A stretch of DNA of 64,000 nt from Armatimonadota bacterium (GTDB taxonomy: Bacteria; Armatimonadota; UBA5829; DSUL01): assembly GCA_039811685.1 (NCBI GenBank), contig JBDHZC010000003.1:224001-288000 (forward strand). The letters run 5' to 3'. Shown one piece after another: positions 49,073 through 57,757 of this stretch. A model generated the notes under the pieces. The model had not been told where the DNA came from and ran no database searches. It saw only the letters and a list, made by a program, of their open reading frames with translations. Each line of letters begins with the position of its first letter. Position 1 is the stretch's first letter. A program made the translations under genes and the position numbers.

Positions 49073-50886
49073 ATCTCCCTCCACGACAGCGAAGTAAGCG
49101 TTGGAGACATTGGAAGGTTGATATTGATGAGAGAGTCTCCCATGTCAGCCCGCCAGCGCAGGCGGTTGTCGTAGTTCATAACAAGTGGCAGGCTCTGCAA
49201 CACCATGGCCTCATCACGAGAAATGATGGAACCGTTGAACGTGACGCCGCCTGAGTTCTCACCAAGCCGCCCGCCTCCGAGGAAGTTGGTGTAGAGCACG
49301 GCGTTTATCTGGTGAATTGATTCGCTGACGCTGTCGATGTAGTTGTCGCCCAGGATAGACTGATAGCGCATTTTCCCTGTGTAGTCCGTGGCCTTTGCAT
49401 TGAAAGCCGGAATCAGATTGCCGTTGTCGTCATAGCGGGCTTTGGTGAACGGGGGGGTCATATACTGCAGTTCAGTGTTGCTGAACTTCTTGGTGTTGCC
49501 CATGATCACGCTTCCGCGAGCCGCCAGGCCAAGCAGGTCTTTCTTTTCGTTTGCCTTGTCCACGGTCGCAATGTCGCTACCGACGAAGTTTGGCGACTGA
49601 CTGTAGGTGATATCTCCTACAATGTGCACATTGCGGCCGGTATAGATGCAGCCTTGTCCGGAAATGACGCCCTTGATGACCGCATCTCCCGTGATCGTGA
49701 CCGGGCCGTGTATTTTCACGGGTTTGCTGCTGGTTCCGATGACTCCCAGGCTTCCATCGTACACGCCATTTGTGGTCACGCGTTCGTACCTGTTTGTGAG
49801 TGAGTTGAACATTTCGATGTAGGCGCCCTGGCCGTAGTAGGGGTTGTTGGAGTTATCCTGATACTTCTCCTTAGCATCGACATAGTTCTGACTGAGCTGC
49901 TTGTAGTAGTCAATATCGGAGAGATCCGGCATTAGAACTTCTTCAGTTGGTTTCGGGCTGAGAAGCTGGTTGGAGTAGGTGCGGATGCCGTTGTTGTCTC
50001 CGATGACCGCGCCGCTTGGTTGTCCGCGCACCATACTGCCTTGTTGATCGTAGATAATATCTCGCCACTTTTCGTACTCATCGGTGCCTTTGACCCCCAT
50101 CTTGCTTGCGGAGTAAGCCATACGCGCCATCGTGGGCGCTTTCGTGGTGTAGGTGGTGTTGCTCCACTGTGTAGGATTGATGTTGACGATACCTGGAGCG
50201 GCCGGGATTAGCTTGTTATTCTTGGCGGCGTAAACACTCCCGTTAATAGTCGGGGTTCCGCCACTGAAGTCGAAATTGCCGTTGGCCCGCATGTCTCCGT
50301 TCACAATCAGGTCGTTGGCGCCAAAGCCGTTCATCCAGCCATAGTTGTTCACAAAGTACGCGTAGTCAAAGACCTTGGAGCGATCCAGCGCCAGCTCTAT
50401 CTGAGACTCGATGGCGCGGCTTTCCTCACCGTTATCCAGGGCTCCGTTGCGGTTCTGATCAACCCACCCAATGGACCTGACGATCACCTGTCTTCTGTAT
50501 GTCCCCTGGATGATATAGTTAACAACTCCGACAGAGTACCGCACGTCGTACGTAGCGGCGCCCTGCACAAGGCCGGCCATAACGAGGCGGGGCGCCCCTG
50601 TTGTAGCCCCGGCGCACTGAGTATCCAGGCTGTCGAAGCGCTGCGTGGCTTTGAATGGCTGCCAGAGGTTAGCCATTTCCTGCTGAAGGCCTGCATCAGC
50701 GGCGTTCAGGGCAATCGCTGCGTTCTCATCGCGGGAGACCCGCGCAGTTCCTGCGGTTGTGAATGACAGCAGTCCGGTGCCAGTGACCATTATCATTCCC
50801 AGCCAGAGCAGCGAAGACGCGAGCGCAGCCCCGCGAGGTGATACGAGGCATTTGATTCGCCGTGAGATAATGCGCTCAAATTTCAT
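49069..50886 (-). CDS. PilX/GspK-like minor pilin with large beta-rich C-terminal domain
   Basis: RG|AALASSLL prepilin site lacking Glu5; ALNAADAGL; IVRSIG; FDYAYF; 605 aa. Confidence 0.8.
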   Translation of the reverse strand: MKFERIISRRIKCLVSPRGAALASSLLWLGMIMVTGTGLLSFTTAGTARVSRDENAAIALNAADAGLQQEMANLWQPFKATQRFDSLDTQCAGATTGAPRLVMAGLVQGAATYDVRYSVGVVNYIIQGTYRRQVIVRSIGWVDQNRNGALDNGEESRAIESQIELALDRSKVFDYAYFVNNYGWMNGFGANDLIVNGDMRANGNFDFSGGTPTINGSVYAAKNNKLIPAAPGIVNINPTQWSNTTYTTKAPTMARMAYSASKMGVKGTDEYEKWRDIIYDQQGSMVRGQPSGAVIGDNNGIRTYSNQLLSPKPTEEVLMPDLSDIDYYKQLSQNYVDAKEKYQDNSNNPYYGQGAYIEMFNSLTNRYERVTTNGVYDGSLGVIGTSSKPVKIHGPVTITGDAVIKGVISGQGCIYTGRNVHIVGDITYSQSPNFVGSDIATVDKANEKKDLLGLAARGSVIMGNTKKFSNTELQYMTPPFTKARYDDNGNLIPAFNAKATDYTGKMRYQSILGDNYIDSVSESIHQINAVLYTNFLGGGRLGENSGGVTFNGSIISRDEAMVLQSLPLVMNYDNRLRWRADMGDSLININLPMSPTLTSLSWREI

Positions 50887-51425
50887 TGGACATTCCTCAG
50901 TTGAATGACACCTGTCTTGGTGCTGGCAAAGGTCTCCCGCCCAGTGGAAGTGGACGCGGAAAGCGACACCAGCAGCGCATGACCGGATGGCTGGAGAGTG
51001 AAAATTCTGGCTCCACCGCTTGTCTGCATATTCGTCAGGAGTGGACGGCTGTTGAGAGACCAGATCAGCCGATTCCCGCTCTTATAGAGCCTTCGGGCGA
51101 TCCCGTCCGAAACCAGAGGAGCCGTGTAGTGCTTGCCTGTCGCATCCACATAGGTCTGCGGATAGTAGAACGTCAGCCCCATACCGTCGGCGTCGACCTG
51201 TACCGAGTAGGCCTCTCTCAGCCCTTCGTCAATTCTTCTGATAGCCTGCGCCGTGTCCGTCTCGACTACCGCGCGGCCAAAATCCCGGCTGTAAGTGTTG
51301 ACCGCAGCCACGACAAGCGACAGCCCGCCAAAAGCAAGCATTGTGAAGACAGTCATCGCGGTCATTGTCTCGATCAGCGTGAATCCGCACCGGGAGCGCC
51401 AGTGCGACAAAAGCTGCTTTGTCAT
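50883..51425 (-). CDS. Minor pilin (PilW-like)
   Basis: G|FTLIETMTAM; GLREA; position in the operon. Confidence 0.85.
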   Translation of the reverse strand: MTKQLLSHWRSRCGFTLIETMTAMTVFTMLAFGGLSLVVAAVNTYSRDFGRAVVETDTAQAIRRIDEGLREAYSVQVDADGMGLTFYYPQTYVDATGKHYTAPLVSDGIARRLYKSGNRLIWSLNSRPLLTNMQTSGGARIFTLQPSGHALLVSLSASTSTGRETFASTKTGVIQLRNVQ

Positions 51426-51439
51426 AGTCAGGTTCCCCT

Positions 51440-51913
51440 TCACTGGACATTGGCAAGGTAAGATGACAGTGAAATGGAGCGCGTCGCGGATTTCTCTACC
51501 CAACTCACCACTACTGTGACGCGCAGTACTCCTGTCCCTTGTGGCACAACTGTCAGCGTTCCCGTCCCGGAGGGCAGCGTGTTCGCGATTGTCTGAGACG
51601 AGCCGTGTGTCACGTTCGAAATACTGTATGGCGATGAGGCGGGAGTTGAGTTGATGAGGTTTGCGCTCTGGAGTCCGCCGTAGCTATTTGCGATACTGTA
51701 GCCCGCGTCTCGAAGCGCCTCCATCTCTCGATCGGCCAAAGTCAGCGCCACTGCGTGGTTGTCCGTCTTTTGACGGTTGGTGGTGGATGTCGGAAATGCG
51801 GCAGCATACACTAGCGCACATGCGAGAATTACGGACATCGCAAACACGATTTCCAGCATGGTCATCCCGCGGCGAGATCTCAGATATTGGCTGACTCTTA
51901 AGGATAGTGGCAT
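51440..51913 (-). CDS. Minor pilin (PilV-like)
   Basis: RRG|MTMLEIVFAM; ALTLADREMEALR; RVTVVVSW. Confidence 0.85.
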   Translation of the reverse strand: MPLSLRVSQYLRSRRGMTMLEIVFAMSVILACALVYAAAFPTSTTNRQKTDNHAVALTLADREMEALRDAGYSIANSYGGLQSANLINSTPASSPYSISNVTHGSSQTIANTLPSGTGTLTVVPQGTGVLRVTVVVSWVEKSATRSISLSSYLANVQ

Positions 51914-51924
51914 GGACTGATCTC

Positions 51925-52275
51925 TCACTGAATGGTGTGTTCTCCGCCCCTGGAGCATGTGGGGTCGGTGCCGAGATCTCCGATGCTGTAAGTCCCGTTC
52001 TCGGGACATACAGGCTTCTGCCCCTTGAGATATGTCGGCACAATGTCGCTCCAAACTGGAGTCGAGCCTGCGGGTTTGTTGTTTTCCATAGCCCACCGCT
52101 CTTTGGCGTGGGCGACGGTGCGCAGATTTTCACGGCAGACTCGGGCAGCGCTGTTTGAGCGGGCCTTGAGCATATTGGGGACGGCGATGGCCATCATGAT
52201 TCCGAGAATCAGAATCACGATCATAATCTCGATGAGTGTAAAGCCGTGGCCGTTGCGTGTGCGTCTTGTTTTCAC
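51925..52275 (-). CDS. Type IV pilin, divergent paralogue D
   Basis: G|FTLIEIMIVILILGIMMAIAVPN; GTG start; Cys36, Cys79, Cys96, His102 (mature numbering). Confidence 0.92.
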   Translation of the reverse strand: MKTRRTRNGHGFTLIEIMIVILILGIMMAIAVPNMLKARSNSAARVCRENLRTVAHAKERWAMENNKPAGSTPVWSDIVPTYLKGQKPVCPENGTYSIGDLGTDPTCSRGGEHTIQ

Positions 52276-52421
52276 CAGTTCGTCCCTGCGCTGGTCGTGT
52301 GTTTGTGTTGTGGTTGGTTGTGACTGGGTCCGTTGTCCGCAGTCTCCACACTGGAGTTCAGCTTACAGAAAGTTGGATTTCAGCGCGCAAAGCTAGTGAG
52401 GGCTCAAGGTCCGAAACGCCG

Positions 52422-52460
52422 AAAGGGTGGCAGCGCGACACGTGTCAGCGCTTGCCACCC
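52422..52460 (-). terminator. Terminator after pilin C
   Basis: GGGTGGCA-AGCGC..GCGC-TGCCACCC plus TTT. Confidence 0.7.
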
Positions 52461-52477
52461 GGAAAGCTCAGATCAGT

Positions 52478-52837
52478 TTATGGCAGGGTGTGCCCTGTCA
52501 CTGTGCACGTTGGGTCGGTATCAACCGTTCCGATGGTGTAGGTGCCGCCGGCCGGGCAGGCTGGCATAGCAGAGCCTTTGATGTAGGTGCCCAGCAGGTT
52601 GGCGGATGTCACGCTGGCAGTGCCTGCCAGGCGGTTGTCCATTGCGTACTGCTGCTTGGCAGAATCAATCTGCTTCAAGTTGGCGATACAGCTCTTGGTG
52701 CGAGAGGAATCCCTCGCTTGAATGAAGTTCGGGACCGCGATGGCCAGAAGGATGCCGATAATCAGCACCACGATCATGATTTCGATAAGGGTGAACCCCT
52801 CTCGAGACTTGCGAAGCCGCTTAGCGAATGAAGTCAT
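52478..52837 (-). CDS. Type IV major pilin, copy C
   Basis: G|FTLIEIMIVVLIIGILLAIAVPNF; 105-aa mature chain. Confidence 0.95.
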   Translation of the reverse strand: MTSFAKRLRKSREGFTLIEIMIVVLIIGILLAIAVPNFIQARDSSRTKSCIANLKQIDSAKQQYAMDNRLAGTASVTSANLLGTYIKGSAMPACPAGGTYTIGTVDTDPTCTVTGHTLP

Positions 52838-53021
52838 CTACTAGTCCTTTGTGATGATTCCCGTCCCTCTTGACAAGGTGGTGGAGAAACGGGTGTTGCG
52901 ACCGCCACAACCAGGGCATGGCGGTCTGGTCTCATTACCAGTTGTTCCATGCGAATATCTGTTGATGGCACAGCTTTTTTGCCTGCTTTGCATCTGTGCC
53001 GCTGTCCTCATGCGTGGCGCC

Positions 53022-53054
53022 AAAAAAAAGCGGCCCGCGCGTAGCGAGCCGCTT
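53022..53054 (-). terminator. Terminator after pilin B
   Basis: AAGCGGCTCGC..GCGGGCCGCTT plus T run. Confidence 0.85.
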
Positions 53055-53085
53055 CCTCCAAAAAAAGGAACAGATCGAGAACCGC

Positions 53086-53442
53086 TTACGGCAGGGCGTG
53101 CCCTGTCACTGTGCAGGTGGGATCGGTATCGACAGTTCCGATAGTGTAGGTGCCGCCACCCGGGCAGGCGGGCATAGCAGTGCCTTTGATGTAGGTGCCC
53201 AGCAGGTTGGCGGATGTGACGCTGGCAGTGCCTGCCAGGCGGTTGTCCATTGCGTACTGTTGCTTCGCCGAGTCAATCTGCTTCAAGTTGGCGATGCAGC
53301 TCTTTGTGCGAGAGGAGTCCCTGGCCTGAATGAAGTTCGGGACGGCGATAGCCAGAAGGATGCCGATAATCAGCACCACAATCATGATTTCGATCAGCGT
53401 AAAGCCTTTGCGGGACTTCCTGATACGGTTGAGACTCAACAT
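53086..53442 (-). CDS. Type IV major pilin, copy B
   Basis: Mature chain differs from copy C at 3 of 105 residues; SD AGGAG; alternative start 53451. Confidence 0.95.
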   Translation of the reverse strand: MLSLNRIRKSRKGFTLIEIMIVVLIIGILLAIAVPNFIQARDSSRTKSCIANLKQIDSAKQQYAMDNRLAGTASVTSANLLGTYIKGTAMPACPGGGTYTIGTVDTDPTCTVTGHALP

Positions 53443-53677
53443 CTTTTCCATTCTCCTGATAGGGTTTGACCACGCCTTCAGATAGGGCAAGCCCGCAGGA
53501 CAGGGAAGAACGATAACCAGCTTTGAGTGCAGGTGAAGATTGTCCGTTGCGGTCTTGGCGGTGTCTGTTGTGGTCGAGAGCCTGGCGCTAACTGGCCCAG
53601 GCGAAGTACAGTCAAGGGATTTGTTCCGCTCAGAAGCACATCCGACGACTGTGATAAATGCGGGCTTTTCGGGACAC

Positions 53678-53706
53678 AAAAAACCAGCGCGCCAAAGGCG
53701 CGCTGG
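53678..53706 (-). terminator. Terminator after pilin A
   Basis: CCAGCGCGCC-TTT-GGCGCGCTGG plus TTTTTT. Confidence 0.9.
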
Positions 53707-53741
53707 CAAAGACAAGTATTCTAAGGTGGACGCCTCTACCG

Positions 53742-54113
53742 CTACGGCAGGGTGTGCCCGGTGATTGTACAGGTCGGGTCAGTGTCCACGGTGCCTATGG
53801 TATAGGTGCCGCCGGCCGGGCACGCAGGCATCGCACTGCCCTTAATATAGGTGCCCAGCAAGTTCGCGCCGGTTACGGAAGCCGTTCCTGAAAGGTTGTT
53901 GTCCATCGCGTACTGGTGCTTTGCGCCGTCAATCTGCTTGAGGTTAGCGATGCAGCTCTTGGTGCGCGAAGAGTCTCTTGCCTGGATGAAGTTCGGGACC
54001 GCAATGGCTAGAAGGATGCCGATAATCAGCACCACAATCATAATCTCGATGAGCGTAAAGCCTTTTCGAGATTGCGTAATCCTCTGACGGAATCTGTTCT
54101 GAAGGAAAAGCAT
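53742..54113 (-). CDS. Type IV major pilin, copy A
   Basis: Mature chain differs from copy C at 6 of 105 residues; SD GGGAG. Confidence 0.95.
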   Translation of the reverse strand: MLFLQNRFRQRITQSRKGFTLIEIMIVVLIIGILLAIAVPNFIQARDSSRTKSCIANLKQIDGAKHQYAMDNNLSGTASVTGANLLGTYIKGSAMPACPAGGTYTIGTVDTDPTCTITGHTLP

Positions 54114-54400
54114 AGATAAGGTCTCCCGGTGCGTGGTGGGTGGAGGAGAAGCCGCCGTACCACTGTGACAGCTGTAGCTGTCCGGTGAGAGCGCAGGCAT
54201 CTCCGCCAGGCGATTTTGTCAGGCTGTCAGGTCTACTAGTGCCGGACCGGCCCAAGTGTGTTGTATCTACTACTTTCCGTGTCAGAATGTTCATCGATCC
54301 CCGTAGTTGTGCGGGAAGATTGGCCAGACTTCACAATCCTGGTGTAGGCAGCCTCCTTACAAATCCGGCTCCAACCTGATCTGGATGGCCCTTTGGGGTC

Positions 54401-55507
54401 TCAGATTACTTCCAGATCATCGCGGGACGGCAACTCGGGAAACGGCGCGGTCGGCAGCGTCTGATACCACAAAGCGCAGGAGGATATGTCATCCTGCAGA
54501 GGGAGGTAGCGCCCTCTGCTGCGCCATCCGAGCGCCTGCATGGTTACGCGCAGATCCCGCTCAAACCGGACTGGATCCATAATGTGCCAGCGGTACAGAC
54601 CGAAGCCGGTCTGTGACTGGTACGTTCCGTCCGGGCGTATCACCTGTGGAAGCCCGGCGTACGCTGTTGAGAACTCTGTGTACTGCCCTTCTCTGTCAAA
54701 GTTGTAACTTCCACAGAAGTAGTCTTCAGTGCCGGTGCCTGCTATTGTGGGAAACTCCTTATCCCCATCCATATAGAACTTGATCTCGCCTTCTCCCCAC
54801 CAGCCCGTGTTGTTTACCTGCCAGGCCATGTATGTCCCCACGTACTGACCCTGTCCTTTGACACCGTCGAGAATCGTGTAAGGCTCCTTGTAAGGAAGGG
54901 GATTAGTGCGTCGGAACTGGGCGTGGAAATAGGCTGCATCCTCCGGGACGTCAGTCAGCGTGTAGTTGATCTGGTAGAAGAGGGTCATTGGCTCCTCACC
55001 GATATTACTGAACGTGATTTTGCAGGACTTGCGAAATGGCATCTCCCAGTAGCAGTTAAAAGCGCTGCCCGGGTTGACACACACGGGAAGGGAGTTCACG
55101 TGCGCGTATCTGCTCCATCCGCAGGCGAAGAAATCGCCAACCGGGCACTCTACGGACGGCTGATCTTGGCCGTCCCAGTAGATTCGCAGGATTGAGAAAC
55201 GCCAGTGACCCGTGGGTGTCATCCATATCTGCTGAATAGCGCCAGACTCATTGATATCAGCGATCGTGCGTGTCTCACCCGGTTCAATGCGAATGCTTGG
55301 AGAGACTTTCCACCCCTGACCCAGATCGCGAGCGCAGCCCGCACCTGTGCCGCCCGTCCAGTTCCCGTCGGAGTCCTGTTTCGGGACAGCCATTGCCGCT
55401 TTGCCCTTCTCGCCTGTGAAGTTCTCAGGGCTGATAGAGCGGGTGCGCGCATTGGAGAGCCTGGCCAGGTTTCCCAGATGCAGTCCGAGACCGTTGAATC
55501 CTGTCAT
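54401..55507 (-). CDS. Glycoside hydrolase family 172 (DUF2961)
   Basis: RSISPENFTGEKG, PSVECPVGDFF, WWGEGEIKFYMDGD, GTGTEDYF. Confidence 0.9.
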   Translation of the reverse strand: MTGFNGLGLHLGNLARLSNARTRSISPENFTGEKGKAAMAVPKQDSDGNWTGGTGAGCARDLGQGWKVSPSIRIEPGETRTIADINESGAIQQIWMTPTGHWRFSILRIYWDGQDQPSVECPVGDFFACGWSRYAHVNSLPVCVNPGSAFNCYWEMPFRKSCKITFSNIGEEPMTLFYQINYTLTDVPEDAAYFHAQFRRTNPLPYKEPYTILDGVKGQGQYVGTYMAWQVNNTGWWGEGEIKFYMDGDKEFPTIAGTGTEDYFCGSYNFDREGQYTEFSTAYAGLPQVIRPDGTYQSQTGFGLYRWHIMDPVRFERDLRVTMQALGWRSRGRYLPLQDDISSCALWYQTLPTAPFPELPSRDDLEVI

Positions 55508-55749
55508 AGCAAAACCTCTTTTACTGGTAGTGTGGTATCTGACAAAACGTGCTCATTCTACTGCATACCTGTTTGCTTGACTAGGTAATCACGGCAAGAG
55601 ATCGTTGGCGCCCGCAACATGACTACACCCCTCGGAGTCAGCACGTAATCCCGTGCGCGCAGCCACAGACGCCCCTGGGCGCGGCTGCAATCTCTCTGCG
55701 TGCAGCCTGTCACGATGCGTCGTAGCCGCTATAATACTCTGGAGCTTTG

Positions 55750-57663
55750 ATGGACAAGAACACGCCAATCCCTCATTCAGATGTCATTGTTGTCGGTGCG
55801 GGCCACGCTGGCTGTGAAGCGGCGCTTGCCTCTGCGCGCCTTGGCCTGCAAACCACGGTTCTCACTTTGTCCATCGAAAAAGTTGCCCTGATGCCGTGTA
55901 ACTGCTCGATCGGCGGTCCGGCCAAGGGGCAGGTTGTGCGGGAAATTGATGCTCTCGGTGGTCAGATGGCGCTCAATGCCGACGCCACCACAACTCATGT
56001 GAGGATGCTTAACACCGGAAAGGGCCCGGCTGTTCAGGCTCTGCGCGCCCAATGTGACAAGCTGCTCTATCAACAGACCATGGGCAGCGTCCTGCTTTCA
56101 GAGCCTAATCTCGCGCTTGTGGAAGGCAAGGTGGTTGGGGTACTGGTAGAAGATGGCCGGGCACGCGGAGTGCTCACCTCGGATGGCCGGGAAATCCAGG
56201 CGTCTGCTGTCATCATCACAACGGGGACATTTCTGAATGGCCTGTGTCACTACGGAGAGCAGCAGATAAGCGCGGGTCGGCGAGGAGAGGCTCCTGCGAC
56301 TGAGCTGTCACAGTCTCTGAAAGAGCTTGGCTTCCCGCTTGGACGCCTGAAGACCGGCACTACTCCCCGGGTCAACAAACAAAGTCTCAATTTCGAGAGA
56401 CTGGAAGTCCAGCCGTCAGACATTCAACCGCTGGCGTTTTCGTATATGGCGGAGCCTGTCGCGGCCACTGACCATCGGCACGATCTGTTGCCCTGCTGGG
56501 TGACATCCACAACTCTTGAAACCCGGCGCATTATTGAGGCGAATCTTCACCGTTCAGCTATGTACAGCGGGCGCATCGAGGGTATCGGGCCACGCTATTG
56601 TCCAAGTATTGAAGATAAAGTTGTAAATTTCCCACATCGCCAAACCCATCAGATCTTCCTGGAACAGGAAGGCTGGAACACTGACTCCATCTACGTTCAG
56701 GGCATGTCTTCAAGCTTACCTGCTGAAGTTCAACTGGAATTCTTACACAGTGTGCCAGGACTGGAAGACGCAGAAATGCTCGTCCCGGGCTATGCGGTCG
56801 AGTATGACTTCGTGCCACCGACGGAGCTCTACCCAACTCTTGAGACAAAGGCGATCAGCGGTCTTTACTTCGCCGGCCAGCTCAACGGCACTTCCGGCTA
56901 TGAAGAAGCAGCGGGGCAGGGCCTTGTCGCCGGAGCAAACGCGGCTCTAAAGCTCCAGGGGCGGGCGCCCTTTGTGATGGACAGGACCCAAAGCTACATT
57001 GGAGTCATGATTGATGATCTTGTCACCAAAGGTGTCAACGATCCTTATCGGCTGCTTACGTCCCGTGCTGAACACCGCCTGCTGTTGCGTCATGACAATG
57101 CCGACACTCGACTGACTGCGCTTGGGCGAGAGATTGGGCTCGTGGATGACGCTCGCTGGGAGCGCTTCTGCGCGAGGCAGGAACAGATCAGGCTGGAGCG
57201 CAGGATTCTCGAGGATACCCGTGTTCCCGCCGAGCTGGCCCGAGATCTGAATCTTTCTCGATCAGATGGGCTCTCACTGGCCACTCTGCTAAAGAGGCCG
57301 GAGATCCGCTACGAAGACATCGCGCGCCATAACGGGTGCGCCAGCCTGAGCCCGGATGTCGCCAGACAGGTAGAGATTGAAATCAAGTACGAGGGCTATA
57401 TCAAGATGCAAAGCGCGCAGGCAGAGCGTCAGCGCAATCTGGACGACTGGGCTGTGCCTGCACACTTTGACTATCAGTCTTACCAGGCCCTGTCACGAGA
57501 AGGCCGTGACAAACTTTCGCGCATCCGGCCGTTGACTCTCGGACAGGCGTCGCGGATTCCCGGTATTACGCCCGCGGATATCTCGATCCTGATGGTTCAC
57601 CTGTCCCGCCTGAGGCAGGAAAATGCGACGCGTATCCCAGCGTCAGATTCTCTGGCTGGATAA
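55750..57663 (+). CDS. mnmG: tRNA uridine-5-carboxymethylaminomethyl modification enzyme
   Basis: [59 protein letters not shown] at 55730. Confidence 0.97.
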   Translation: MDKNTPIPHSDVIVVGAGHAGCEAALASARLGLQTTVLTLSIEKVALMPCNCSIGGPAKGQVVREIDALGGQMALNADATTTHVRMLNTGKGPAVQALRAQCDKLLYQQTMGSVLLSEPNLALVEGKVVGVLVEDGRARGVLTSDGREIQASAVIITTGTFLNGLCHYGEQQISAGRRGEAPATELSQSLKELGFPLGRLKTGTTPRVNKQSLNFERLEVQPSDIQPLAFSYMAEPVAATDHRHDLLPCWVTSTTLETRRIIEANLHRSAMYSGRIEGIGPRYCPSIEDKVVNFPHRQTHQIFLEQEGWNTDSIYVQGMSSSLPAEVQLEFLHSVPGLEDAEMLVPGYAVEYDFVPPTELYPTLETKAISGLYFAGQLNGTSGYEEAAGQGLVAGANAALKLQGRAPFVMDRTQSYIGVMIDDLVTKGVNDPYRLLTSRAEHRLLLRHDNADTRLTALGREIGLVDDARWERFCARQEQIRLERRILEDTRVPAELARDLNLSRSDGLSLATLLKRPEIRYEDIARHNGCASLSPDVARQVEIEIKYEGYIKMQSAQAERQRNLDDWAVPAHFDYQSYQALSREGRDKLSRIRPLTLGQASRIPGITPADISILMVHLSRLRQENATRIPASDSLAG

Positions 57664-57757
57664 GACTGATTTCCGCATTCTCCTCGGACAGTCCCGGTGA
57701 GCGCGACGCTTCCGGGATTGTTGCGCCAGCACACTGTCCTGCGGCTGTACGGGTAAC

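Noticed and set aside
52360..52430. CGCAAAGC and GAAA elements resembling a c-di-GMP-I riboswitch between pilin genes
   Set aside because: Wrong strand relative to the pilins, and the required helices could not be built
52965..53002. TGGCAC...TTGC and GGCACAG/CTGTGCC upstream of pilin C as a sigma54 promoter
   Set aside because: GG-GC spacing is 12 nt on the plus strand and no correctly placed GC exists on the coding strand; only an inverted repeat remains
52478..54113. Pilin repeats as silent antigenic-variation cassettes, a shufflon or DGR targets
   Set aside because: All copies are complete with RBS and terminator; no recombinase or reverse transcriptase nearby; differences are not adenine-specific
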